Positions 39,715 through 56,600 of a stretch of 64,000 bases of DNA are shown piece by piece. Position 1 is the stretch's first letter. Each line of letters opens with the position of its first letter. Origin of the DNA: Eledone cirrhosa (Eukaryota); the NCBI GenBank assembly GCA_964016885.1, contig OZ024744.1:67704001-67768000 (forward strand), in the 5' to 3' direction. Position numbers and translations under genes: made by a program. The notes under the pieces were generated by a model. The model saw only the letters and a list, made by a program, of their open reading frames with translations. It was not told the origin of the DNA and did no database searches.

Positions 39715-40420
39715 AATAATAATAATAATAATGAAAATTATTGTGTACAGTGCTCAGATGCACTACAACTCATCAAAGGTGCATGTATAGTACATAGAAT
39801 AGTTGTTTCTACTTTTGGCACAAGGCCAGCAATTATCCCAGTGTATTACTGGTACTTTATTTTATCGACCCTGTAAGGATGAAAGGCAAAGTTAAACTCG
39901 GCAGAATTTGAACTCAGATCATAAAGGGAGGTAACTCTATGCTTCAAAGCATGGCGTCCGACCCTCTACCGATACTGCCAATAATGTACAAATGTAAGGA
40001 AACTAAACACTGTATGAGTCATGATATACAGACAGACATACACACGCACACACATGCATGTTTGTGTATCGAGGGAGTATATCAGGTGTAGTTTTGGCGA
40101 ATTTCAGGAAGCATGGATGTTTTGAAGGATGCAGTGTCCTAACACCTAAAAACTGATGCAGGTAGTTTGTTTCATGCTTCAGCAACTCTGATCATGAAAA
40201 GATGTTTCTGAAAGTCATGGGTGCTGTCCTGTTTTCTGATTTTGTAAGATTGTCCACGTATGTTAGACACATGGAATTCGAAAAGGTGCTCAGGGTTGTT
40301 GGCAAGATGGTTAATAATCTTGTGGGTGTTTACCAAGTCAGTTGCCAGACATCGGAGCTTTAATGTATCCATTCCTAAGGAAGCAAGGCATTCACAGTAC
40401 GGTTTAAACAACAAGAATTT
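39715..40420 (-). mobile_element. CR1-like LINE 3' fragment
   Basis: LASLGMDTLKLRCLATDLVNTHKII...IRGQSYKIRKQ...FQKHLFMIRVAEA is typical of a CR1-group ORF2 C-terminus; (ATT)n tail. Confidence 0.75.
39802..39979 (-). mobile_element. tRNA-derived SINE (Deu/Nin-domain-like) nested in the CR1 fragment
   Basis: Minus strand GAGTTCAAATTCTGCCGAG..ACTTTGCCTTTCATCC...GGGTCGATAAAATAAAGTACCAG; absent from the paralogous CR1 copy at ~29810. Confidence 0.7.
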
Positions 40421-40507
40421 CAGCACTTCTTAAACCAGAACTTACTTGTGTCCATATGATTATATGATGTATAAACCTATGATATATATATTTCACATTC
40501 ATTTTAA

Positions 40508-40727
40508 CCCTTTAGCATTTAAACCGGCCATATCCGGCCAGAATTCTCTCACTTCTTTCTATTCAAACTGGCTTTAATTGGCCACTCATACAGATGTTAA
40601 GGTATAGTTCTCAAAATAAATAATATTAAAATCTTATAGATTCGATATTATGTGAGATACTATGTGAAATAAAGCTTTTACTGTGAAAATATAATAGTAT
40701 ATATTGAGTAATGTAAATGCTAAAGGG
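40508..40727 (+). mobile_element. piggyBac-type MITE, 220 bp, intact ends
   Basis: TTAA-CCCTTTAGCATTTA...TAAATGCTAAAGGG-TTAA: perfect 14-bp TIR with TTAA TSD. Confidence 0.85.
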
Positions 40728-40854
40728 TTAAACATTTTCTTTTACTAATAGGTAAGATTCCTCCATCACACAGAATTAGTTTATAACACAGTTGATTGTT
40801 TGCTTTTGTCAGTTATTAGCCTAGATTAAACATCATTTTTATGCGCTACAGTAT

Positions 40855-41367
40855 CCAAGTTTTTATTTTTTTTTTTTATTTTTAATTTTTATAGTTATTT
40901 TACTTGTTATCATTAAAAGCCACTGTCCACTACTTCCATGGTCATAAAATGAATGTATAGAATGAATAGAATGAAAGTGAGAACAATGAGGCGATACAAT
41001 AAAAATTATCTGTACAGTGTCGGATTTAGGAAAAATGAGGCTCTGTGCTAGTTAAGTTATGAGGCCCCCTATTTGGGCCCTGAAGGGGATAGGACCAGTA
41101 AAAAATTATTTTGGCAGGAAGATGCCCTGCTCCCCCTGACCAACAGGGCCCGGAGCATAAGCACATCTAAGCACAATGGTAAATTCAGCACTAGGTATAA
41201 ACCTCATTTTTTGCCCACTACAAAATCCAAGTTTTTATTTTTTAGTTATTTTGCTTGTTATCATTAAAAGTCACTGTCCACTACTTCCATGGTAATAAAG
41301 TGAATGTATACATTGGATAGAATGAAAATGAGAACAATGAGGATATAAAATGAAAATGATCTGTACA
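40855..41367 (+). repeat. ~150-bp direct duplication flanking a hAT-like MITE remnant
   Basis: 40855-41016 matches 41226-41367; between them CAGTGTCGGATTTA...TAAATTCAGCACT imperfect TIRs (~41015-41192). Confidence 0.55.
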
Positions 41368-41659
41368 TTATTGATCTGAATATGTAAATTTCGAAATTCT
41401 TTATTAGTAAAAATAAGAGGAAATATCACAACATGCATGGCACATCAAATAATCTCTTTACCATGTATCTCTGACAATTTTTATATAAATATTTCCAAGG
41501 AGATATATCTGGTGAGATTTCCTTTTTGTTGCCATGTCTTAACAATTTAAAATGGAAGATTAGATTAGTGGCTAGCTTTCATTCAGTCACAGATGAAGTT
41601 CTTAAATCTTATCATTAATTCCATTCTGATTCTTCCTAAAGACACCTCACTAGAGTATA

Positions 41660-44600
41660 TACAACACCACAACTACCAACATAGACACTACAGTACATAC
41701 AACACCACAAATAACAACATAGTCACTACAGTACTTACAACAACACAACTACCAACATATACACTACCAACATGGGCACTACAGTACATACAACACCAAA
41801 ACTACCAACATAGACACTACAGTACATACAACAACACAACCACCAACATAGACACTACAGTACATACAACACCAGAACTACCAACATAGACACTACAGTA
41901 CATACAACAACACCACAACTACCAACATAGACACTACAGTACTTACAACAACACAACTACCAACATATACACTACCAACATAAGCACTACAGTACATACA
42001 ACACCACAACTAACAACATAGACACTACAGTACATACACCACAACTACCAACATGGGCACTACAGTACATACAACACCACAACTACCAACATAGACACTA
42101 CAGTACATACAACAACACAACCACCAACATAGACACTACAGTACATACAACACCACAACTACCAATATAGACACGACAATACATACAACACCACAACTAC
42201 CAACATAGACACTACAGTACATACAACACCACAACTACCAACATAGACACTACATTTCATACAACACCACAACTATCAACATAGACACTACAGTATATAC
42301 AACACCACAACTACCACCATAGACACTACAGCACATACACCGCTACAACTACCAACATAGACACTACAGTACATACAACAACACCACAACTACCAACATA
42401 GACACTACAGTACATACAACAACACCACAACTACCAACATAGACACTACAGTACATACACCACAACCACCAACATAGAGACTACAGTACATACAACACCA
42501 CAACCACCAACATAGACACTACAGTACATACAACACCACAACTACCAACATAGACTACAGTACATACAACACCACAAATACCACCATAGACACTACAGTA
42601 CATACAACACAACAACTACCAGCATAGACTACAGTACATACAACACAACAACTAACAACATAGACACTACAGTATGTACAACACCACAACTACCAACATA
42701 GACACTACAGTACATCCAACACCACAATTACCAACATAGACACTACAGTACATACAACACCACAACTACCAACATAGACACTGCAGTACATACAACACCA
42801 CAACTACCAACATAGACACTACAGTACATACAACACCACAACTACCAACATAGACACTACAGCACATACAACACCACAACTACCAACATAGACACTACAG
42901 TACATACAACACCACAATTACCAACATAGACACTACAGTACATACAACACCACAACTAGCAACATAGGCACTACAGTACATAGAACACTACAACTACCAA
43001 CATAGACACTACAGTACATACAACACCACAACTACCAACATATACACTACAGTACAACACCACAATTACCAACATAGACACTACACTACAGTACAACACC
43101 ACAATTAACAACATAGACATTACAGTACATACAAAAACCACAATTAACAACATAGACACTACAGTACATACAACACCACAACTAGCAACATAGTGACTAC
43201 AGTACATACAACACCACAACTACCAACATAGAGACTACAGTACATACAACCCCCACTACCAACATAGATACTACAGTACATACAACACCACAACTGCCAA
43301 CATAGGCACTACGGTACATACAACACCACAACTACCAACATAGACACTACAGTACTTACAACACCACAACTACCAATATAGACACTACAGTACATACAAC
43401 AACACAACTACCATTTTAGGCACTACAGTACATACAACACCACAACTACCAACGTAGACACTACAGTACATACAACACCACAACTATCAACATAGACACT
43501 ACAGTACATACAACACCACAACTACCAACCTAGACACTACAGTACATACAACACCACAACCACCAACATAGACACTACAGTACATACAACATCACAACTA
43601 CCACCATAGACACTATAGTACATACAACACTACAACTACCAACATAGACACTACAGTACCTACAACAGCAGAACTACCACCATAGACACTACAGTACATA
43701 CACCACAACTACCAACATAGCCACTACAGTATATATAACACCACAACTACCAATATAAATACTACAGTACATACAACACCACAACTACCAACATAGACAC
43801 TACAGTACATACAACACCACAACTAGCAACATAGACACTACAGTACATACAACACCACAATTACCAACATATACACTACAGTACAACACAACAACTACCA
43901 ACATAGATGTTACAGTACATACAACACCACAACTACCACCATAGACACTACAGTACATACAACACCACAAATACCACCATAGACACTACAGTACATACAA
44001 CACCACAACTACCACCATAGACACTACAGTACATACAACACCACAAATACCACCATAGACACTACAGTACATACAACAACACAACTACCAACATAGACAC
44101 TACAGTACATACAACCCCCAACTAACAACATAGACACTACAGTACATACAACACCACAACTCCCAACATAGACACTACAGTTAATACAACACCACAACTA
44201 TCAACATAAGCACTACAGTACATACAACACCACAACTACCAACATAGACACTACAGTACATACAAAACCACAACTACCAACATAGACACTACAGTACATA
44301 CAAAACCACAACTACCAACATAGTGACTAGAGTACATACAACACCACAACTACCAACATAGACACTACAGTACATACAACACCACAACTACCAACATAGA
44401 CACTACAGTACATACAACACCACAACTGCCAACATAGACACTACAGTACATACAAAACCACAACTACCAACATAGTGACTAGAGTACATACAACACCACA
44501 ACTACCAACATAGACACTACAGTACATACAAAACCACAACTACCAACATAGTGACTAGAGTACATACAACACCACAACTACCAACATAGACACTACAGTA

Positions 44601-47600
44601 CATACAACACCACAACTACCAACATAGACACTACAGTACATACAAAACCACAACTGCCAACATAGACACTACAGTACATACAACACCACAACTACCACCA
44701 TAGACACTACAGTACATACAACACCACAAATACCACCATAGACACTACAGTACATACAACACCATAACTACCACCATAGACACTACAGTACATACAACAC
44801 CACAAATACCACCATAGACACTACAGTACATACAACAACACAACTAACAACATAGACACTACAGTACATACAACCCCCAACTAACAACATAGACACTACA
44901 GTACATACAACACCACAACTCCCAACATAGACACTACAGTTAATACAACACCACAACTATCAACATAAGCACTACAGTACATACAACACCACAACTACCA
45001 ACATAGACACTACAGTACATACAAAACCACAACTACCAACATAGTGACTAGAGTACATACAACACCACAACTACCAACATAGACACTACAGTACATACAA
45101 CACCACAACTGCCAACATAGGCACTACAGTACATACAACACCACAACTACCAACATAGACTCTGCAGTACATACAACACCACAACTACCAACATAGACAC
45201 TACAGTACATACAACACCACAACTAGCAACATAGACACTACAGTACATACAACACCACAACTACCAACATAGACACTACAGTACATACAAAACCACAACT
45301 ACCACCATAGAAACTCAGTATATGCAACACCACAACTACCAACATAGACACTACAGTACATACAGCACCACAACTACCAACATAGGCACTACAGTACATA
45401 CAACAGCACAACTACCAACATAGACACTACAGTACAATAAACAGCAACACAACTACCAACATAGACACTACAGTACATGCAACACCACAACTACCAACAT
45501 AGACACTACAGTACATACAACCGCCACTACCAACATAGACACTACAGTACATACAAAAACACAACTACCAACATATACACTACCAACATGGACACTACAA
45601 TACATACAACACCACAACCACCAACATAGACACTACAGTACATACAACACAACAACTACCAACATAGGCACTACAGTACATACAACACCCAACTACCAAC
45701 ATAGACACTACAGTACATAAAACTCCACAACTACCAACATAGACACTATAGTACTTACAACACCACAACTACCAACATAGATACTACACTACATACAACA
45801 CAACAACTACCAACATAGGCACTACAGTACATAGAACACCCAACTACCAACATAGACACTACAGTACATACAACACCACAACAACCGAAATAGACACTAT
45901 AGTACTTACATCACCACAACTACCAACATAGATACTACACTACATACAACACAACAACTACCAACATAGGCACTACAGTACATACAATACCCAACTACCA
46001 ACATAGACACTACAATACATACAACACCACAACCACCAACATAGACACTACAGTACATACAACACCACAACCACCAACATAGACACTACAGTACATACAA
46101 CACCACAACTACCAACATAGCCTACAGTACATACAACACCACAAATACCACCATAGACACTACAGTACATACAACACAACAACTACCAGCATAGATTACA
46201 GTACATACAACACAACAACTGCCAACATAGACACTACAGTACGTACAACCCCCAACTACCAACATAGACACTACAATACATACAGCACCACAACTACCAA
46301 CATAGACACTACAGTACATACAACACCACAATTACCAACATAGACACTACAGTACATACAACACCACAACTACCAACATAGACACTACAGTACATACAAC
46401 ACCACAACTACCAACATAGACACTACAGCACATACAACACCACAACTACCAACATAGACACTACAGTACTTACAAAAACCACAATTAACAACATAGACAC
46501 TACAGTACATACAACATCACAACTACCAACATAGGCACTACAGTACATACAACAGCAGAACTACCACCATAGACACTACAGTACATACACCACAACTACC
46601 AACATAGCCACTACAGTATATATAACACCACAACTACCAATATAAATACTACAGTACATACAACACCACAACTACCAACATAGACACTACAGTACATACA
46701 ACACCACAACTAGCAACATAGACACTACAGTACATACAACACCACAACTACCAACATATACACTACAGTACAACACAACAACTACCAACATAGATGTTAC
46801 AGTACATACAACACCACAACTACCACCATAGACACTACAGTACATACAACACCACAAATACCACCATAGACACTACAGTACATACAACACCACAACTACC
46901 ACCATAGACACTACAGTACATACAACACCACAATTACAACCATAGACACTACAGTACATACAACAACACAACTACCAACATAGACACTACAGTACATACA
47001 ACCCCCAACTAACAACATAGACACTACAGTTAATACTACACCACAACTATCAACATAAGCACTACAGTACAAACAACACCACAACTACCAACATAGACAC
47101 TACAATACATACAAAACCACAACTACCAACATAGTGACTAGAGTACATACAACACCACAACTACCAACATAGACACTACAGTACATACAACAACACAACT
47201 ACCAATATAGGCACTACAGTACATACACCACTACAACTAGCAACATAGACACAACAGTACATACAACACCACAACTACCAACATAGACACTACATTACAT
47301 ACAATGCCACAACTAGCAACATAGACACTACAGTACATACAACACCACAACTACCAACATAGACACTACAGTACATGCAACACCACAACTACCAACATAG
47401 ATGTTACAGTACATACACGCCACAACTAGCAACATAGACACTACAGTACATACAACAACACAACTACCAACATAGACACTACAGTACATACAACACCACA
47501 GACACTACAGTACATACAACACCACAATTACAAACATAGACACTACAGTACATACAACACCACAACTACCAACATAGACACTACAGTACATACAACACCA

Positions 47601-50600
47601 CAACTACCAACATAGACACTACAGTTCATACACCACAACTACCAACATAGACACTACAGTACATACAACAACACAACTACCACCATAGACACTACAGTAC
47701 ATACAACACCACAACTACCAACATAGACACTACAGTACATACAACACCACAACTACCAACATAGACACTACAGTTCATACACCACAATTACCAACATAGA
47801 CACTACAGTACATACAACACCACAACTAACAACATAGACACTACAGTACATACAACACCACAACTACCAACATAGAGACTAGAGTACATACAACCACCAC
47901 TACCAACATAGATACTACAGTACATACAACACCACAACTACCAACATAGGCACTACAGTACATACAACACCACAACTACCAATATAGACACGACAATACA
48001 TACAACACCACAACTACCAACATAGACACTACAGTACATACAACACCACAACTACCAACATAGACACTACAGTACATACAAAACCACAACTACCAACATA
48101 GTGACTAGAGTACATACAACACCACAACTACCAACATAGACACTACAGTACATACAACACCACAACTGCCAACATAGGCACTACAGTACATACAACACCA
48201 CAACTACCAACATAGACTCTGCAGTACATACAACACCACAACTACCAACATAGACACTACAGTACATACAACACCACAACTAGCAACATAGACACTACAG
48301 TACATACAACACCACAACTACCAACATAGACACTACAGTACATACAAAACCACAACTACCACCATAGAAACTCAGTATATACAACACCACAACTACCAAC
48401 ATAGACACTACAGTACATACAGCACCACAACTACCAACATAGGCACTACAGTACATACAACAGCACAACTACCAACATAGACACTACAGTACAATAAACA
48501 GCAACACAACTACCAACATAGACACTACAGTACATGCAACACCACAACTACCAACATAGACACTACAGTACATACAACCGCCACTACCAACATAGACACT
48601 ACAGTACATACAAAAACACAACTACCAACATATACACTACCAACATGGACACTACAATACATACAACACCACAACCACCAACATAGACACTACAGTACAT
48701 ACAACACAACAACTACCAACATAGGCACTACAGTACATACAACACCCAACTACCAACATAGACACTACAGTACATAAAACTCCACAACTACCAACATAGA
48801 CACTATAGTACTTACAACACCACAACTACCAACATAGATACTACACTACATACAACACAACAACTACCAACATAGGCACTACAGTACATAGAACACCCAA
48901 CTACCAACATAGACACTACAGTACATACAACACCACAACAACCGAAATAGACACTATAGTACTTACATCACCACAACTACCAACATAGATACTACACTAC
49001 ATACAACACAACAACTACCAACATAGGCACTACAGTACATACAATACCCAACTACCAACATAGACACTACAATACATACAACACCACAACCACCAACATA
49101 GACACTACAGTACATACAACACCACAACCACCAACATAGACACTACAGTACATACAACACCACAACTACCAACATAGCCTACAGTACATACAACACCACA
49201 AATACCACCATAGACACTACAGTACATACAACACAACAACTACCAGCATAGATTACAGTACATACAACACAACAACTGCCAACATAGACACTACAGTACG
49301 TACAACCCCCAACTACCAACATAGACACTACAGTACATACAGCACCACAACTACCAACATAGACACTACAGTACATACAACACCACAATTACCAACATAG
49401 ACACTACAGTACATACAACACCACAACTACCAACATAGACACTACAGTACATACAACACCACAACTACCAACATAGACACTACAGCACATACAACACCAC
49501 AACTACCAACATAGACACTACAGTACTTACAAAAACCACAATTAACAACATAGACACTACAGTACATGCAACATCACAACTACCAACATAGGCACTACAG
49601 TACATACAACAGCAGAACTACCACCATAGACACTACAGTACATACACCACAACTACCAACATAGCCACTACAGTATATATAACACCACAACTACCAATAT
49701 AAATACTACAGTACATACAACACCACAACTACCAACATAGACACTACAGTACATACAACACCACAACTAGCAACATAGACACTACAGTACATACAACACC
49801 ACAACTACCAACATATACACTACAGTACAACACAACAACTACCAACATAGATGTTACAGTACATACAACACCACAACTACCACCATAGACACTACAGTAC
49901 ATACAACACCACAAATACCACCATAGACACTACAGTACATACAACACCACAACTACCACCATAGACACTACAGTACATACAACACCACAATTACAACCAT
50001 AGACACTACAGTACATACAACAACACAACTACCAACATAGACACTACAGTACATACAACCCCCAACTAACAACATAGACACTACAGTTAATACTACACCA
50101 CAACTATCAACATAAGCACTACAGTACAAACAACACCACAACTACCAACATAGACACTACAATACATACAAAACCACAACTACCAACATAGTGACTAGAG
50201 TACATACAACACCACAACTACCAACATAGACACTACAGTACATACAACAACACAACTACCAATATAGGCACTACAGTACATACACCACTACAACTAGCAA
50301 CATAGACACAACAGTACATACAACACCACAACTACCAACATAGACACTACATTACATACAATGCCACAACTAGCAACATAGACACTACAGTACATACAAC
50401 ACCACAACTACCAACATAGACACTACAGTACATGCAACACCACAACTACCAACATAGATGTTACAGTACATACACGCCACAACTAGCAACATAGACACTA
50501 CAGTACATACAACAACACAACTACCAACATAGACACTACAGTACATACAACACCACAGACACTACAGTACATACAACACCACAATTACAAACATAGACAC

Positions 50601-53600
50601 TACAGTACATACAACACCACAACTACCAACATAGACACTACAGTACATACAACACCACAACTACCAACATAGACACTACAGTTCATACACCACAACTACC
50701 AACATAGACACTACAGTACATACAACAACACAACTACCACCATAGACACTACAGTACATACAACACCACAACTACCAACATAGACACTACAGTACATACA
50801 ACACCACAACTACCAACATAGACACTACAGTTCATACACCACAATTACCAACATAGACACTACAGTACATACAACACCACAACTAACAACATAGACACTA
50901 CAGTACATACAACACCACAACTACCAACATAGAGACTAGAGTACATACAACCACCACTACCAACATAGATACTACAGTACATACAACACCACAACTACCA
51001 ACATAGGCACTACAGTACATACAACACCACAACTACCAATATAGACACGACAATACATACAACACCACAACTACCAACATAGACACTACAGTACATACAA
51101 CACCACAACTACCAACATAGACACTACAGTACATACAACACCACAACTACCACCGTAGACACTACAGTACATACAACACAACAACTACCAACATAGACAC
51201 TACAGTACATACAACACCACAACTACCACCATAGACACTACAGTACATACAACACCACAACCACCAACATAGACACTACAGTACATACAACACTTCAACT
51301 ACCAACATAGACACTACAGTACATACAACACCACAACTACCAACATAGACACTACAGTACATACAACACCACAACTACCACCATAGACACTACAGTACAT
51401 ACAACACCACAACTGTCACCATAGACACTACAGTACATACACCACAACTAACAATATAGACACAACAGTACATACAACACCACAACTACCACCATAGGCA
51501 CTATAGTACATACAACCCCCAACTAACAGGATAGACACTACAGTACATACAACACCACAACTACCAACATAGACACTACAGTACATACAACACCACAACT
51601 ACCAGCATAGACACTACAGAATATACAACACCACAATTATCAACATAGGAACTACAGTACATACAACACCACAACTACCAACATAGACACTACAGTACAA
51701 CACAACAACTACCAACATAGATGTTACAGTACATACAACGCCACAACTAGCAACATAGACACTACAGTACATACAACAACACAACTACCATCATAGACAC
51801 TACAGTACATACAACACCACAACTACCATAATAGACACTACAGTACATACAACACTACAACTATCAACATAGGCACTACAGTACATACAACACCACAACT
51901 ACCAACATAGACACTACAGTACATACAACACCACAACTACCACCATAGGCACTACAGTACATGCAACCCCCAACTAACAAGATAGACACTACAGTACATA
52001 CAACACCACAACTACCAACATAGACACTACAGTACATACAACACCACAACTACCAGCATAGACGCTACAGTACATACAACATCACAACTACCAACATAGA
52101 CACTACAGTACATACAACACCACAACTACCAACATAGACACTGCAGTACATACAACACCACAACTACCAACATAGACACTACAGTACATACAACACCACA
52201 ACTAACAACATAGTCATTACAGTACTTACAACAACACAACTACCAACATATACACTACCAACATGGGCACTACAGTACATACAACAACACAACTACCAAC
52301 ATAGACACTACAGTACATACAACAACACAACCACCATCATAGACACTACAGTACATACAACACCACAACTACCAACATAGACACTACAGTACATACAACA
52401 CCACAACTACCAACATAGACACTACAGTACATACAACACCACAACTACCAACATAGACACTACAGTACATACAACACCACAACTACCAACATAGACACTA
52501 CAGTACATACAACACCACAACTACCAACATAGACACTACAGTACATACAACACCACAACTACCAACATAGACACTACAGTACATACAACACCACAACTAC
52601 CACCATAGACACTACAGTACATACAACACCACAACCACCAACATAGACACTACAGTACTTACAACACCACAACTAACAACATAGACACTACAGTACATAC
52701 AACACCACAACTACCAACATAGACACTACAGTACATACAACACCACAACTACCAACATAGACACTACAGTACATACAACACCACAACCACCATCATAGAC
52801 ACTACAGTACATACAACACCACAACCACCAACATAGACACTACAGTACATACAACACCACAACAACCAACATAGACACTACAGTACATACAACACCACAA
52901 CTACCAACATAGACACTACAGTACATACAACACCACAACTACCATCATAGACACTACAGTACATACAACACTACAACTATCAACATAGGCACTACAGTAC
53001 ATACAACACCACAACTACCAACATAGACACTACAGTACATACAACACCACAACTACCACCATAGGCACTACAGTACATGCAACCCCCAACTAACAAGATA
53101 GACACTACAGTACATACAACACCACAACTACCAACATAGACACTACAGTACATACAACACCACAACTACCAGCATAGACGCTACAGTACATACAACATCA
53201 CAACTACCAACATAGACACTACAGTACATACAACACCACAACTAACAACATAGTCATTACAGTACTTACAACAACACAACTACCAACATATACACTACCA
53301 ACATGGGCACTACAGTACATACAACACCACAACTACCAACATAGACACTACAGTACATACAACAACACAACCACCATCATAGACACTACAGTACATACAA
53401 CACCACAACTACCAACATAGACACTACAGTACGTACAACACCACAACTACCAACATAGACACTACAGTACATACAACACCACAACTACCAACATAGACAC
53501 TACAGTACATACAACACCACAACTACCAACATAGACACTACAGTACATACAACACCACAACTACCAACATAGACACTACAGTACATACAACAGCACAACT

Positions 53601-56600
53601 ACCAACATAGACACTACAGTACATACAACACCACAACTACCACCATAGACACTACAGTACATACAACACCACAACCACCAACATAGACACTACAGTACTT
53701 ACAACACCACAACTAACAACATAGACACTACAGTACATACAACACCACAACTACCAACATAGACACTACAGTAAATACAACACCACAACTACCAACATAG
53801 ACACTACAGTACATACAACACCACAACCACCATCATAGACACTACAGTACATACAACACCACAACCACCAACATAGACACTACAGTACATACAACACCAC
53901 AACTACCAACATAGACACTACAGTACATACAACACCACAACTACCAACATAGACACTACAGTACATACAACACCACAACTACCAACATAGACACAACAGT
54001 ACATAAAACACCACAACTACCAACATAGACACTACAGTACATACAACACCACAACCACCAACATAGACACTACAGTACATACAACACCACAACTACCAAC
54101 ATAGACACTACAGTACATACAACACTTCAACTACCAACATAGACACTACAGTACATACAACACCACAGCTACCAACATAGACACTACAGTACATACAACA
54201 CCACAACTACCACCATAGACACTACAGTACATACAACACCACAACCACCAACATAGACACTAGAGTACATACAACACTTCAACTACCAACATAGACACTA
54301 CAGTACATACAACACCACAACTACCAACATAGACACTACAGTACATACAACACCACAACTACCACCATAGACACTACAGTACATACAACACCACAACTAC
54401 CAACATAGACACTACAGTACATACACCACAACTAACAATATAGACACAACAGTACATACAACACCACAACTACCACCATAGGCACTATAGTACATACAAA
54501 CCCCAACTAACAGTATAGACACTACAGTACATACAACACCACAACTACCAACATAGACACTACAGTACATACAACACCACAACTACCAGCATAGACACTA
54601 CAGAATATACAACACCACAATTATCAACATAGGAACTACAGTACATACAACACCACAACTACCAACATAGACACTACAGTACAACACAACAACTACCAAC
54701 ATAGATGTTACAGTACATACAACGCCACAACTAGCAACATAGACACTACAGTACATACAACAATACAACTACCATCATAGACACTACAGTACATACAACA
54801 CCACAACTACCATCATAGACACTACAGTACATACAACACTACAACTATCAACATAGGCACTACAGTACATACAACACCACAACTACCAACATAGACACTA
54901 CAATACATACAACACCACAACTACCACCATAGGCACTACAGTACATGCAACCCCCAACTAACAAGATAGACACTACAGTACATACAACACCACAACTACC
55001 AACATAGACACTACAGTACATACAACACCACAACTACCAGCATAGACGCTACAGTACATACAACATCACAACTACCAACATAGACACTACAGTACATACA
55101 ACACCACAACTACCAACATAGACACTGCAGTACATACAACACCACAACTACCAACATAGACACTACAGTACATACAACACCACAACTAACAACATAGTCA
55201 TTACAGTACTTACAACAACACAACTACCAACATATACACTACCAACATGGGCACTACAGTACATACAACACCACAACTACCAACATAGACACTACAGTAC
55301 ATACAACAACACAACCACCATCATACACACTACAGTACATACAACACCACAACTACCAACATAGACACTACAGTACATACAACACCACAACTACCAACAT
55401 AGACACTACAGTACATACAACACCACAACTACCAACATAGACACTACAGTACATACAACACCACAACTACCAACATAGACACTACAGTACATACAACACC
55501 ACAACTACCAACATAGACACTACAGTACATACAACACCACAACTACCAACATAGACACTACAGTACATACAACACCACAACTACCACCATAGACACTACA
55601 GTACATACAACACCACAACCACCAACATAGACACTACAGTACTTACAACACCACAACTAACAACATAGACACTACAGTACATACAACACCACAACTACCA
55701 ACATAGACACTACAGTACATACAACACCACAACTACCAACATAGACACTACAGTACATACAACACCACAACCACCATCATAGACACTACAGTACATACAA
55801 CACCACAACCACCAACATAGACACTACAGTACATACAACACCACAACTACCAACATAGACACTACAGTACATACAACACCACAACTACCAACATAGACAC
55901 TACAGTACATACAACACCACAACTACCAACATAGACACAACAGTACATAAAACACCACAACTACCAACATAGACACTACAGTACATACAACACCACAACC
56001 ACCAACATAGACACTACAGTACATACAACACCACAACTACCAACATAGACACTACAGTACATACAACACCACAACTGTCACCATAGACACTACAGTACAT
56101 ACACCAGAACTAACAATATAGACACAACAGTACATACAACACCACAACTACCACCATAGGCACTATAGTACATACAACCCCCAACTAACAGGATAGACAC
56201 TACAGTACATACAACACCACAACTACCAACATAGACACTACAGTACATACAACACCACAACTACCAGCATAGACACTACAGAATATACAACACCACAATT
56301 ATCAACATAGGAACTACAGTACATACAACACCACAACTACCAACATAGACACTACAGTACAACACAACAACTACCAACATAGATGTTACAGTACATACAA
56401 CGCCACAACTAGCAACATAGACACTACAGTACATACAACAACACAACTACCATCATAGACACTACAGTGCATACAACACCACAACTACCATCATAGACAC
56501 TACAGTACATACAACACTACAACTATCAACATAGGCACTACAGTACATACAACACCACAACTACCAACATAGACACTACAGTACATACAACACCACAACT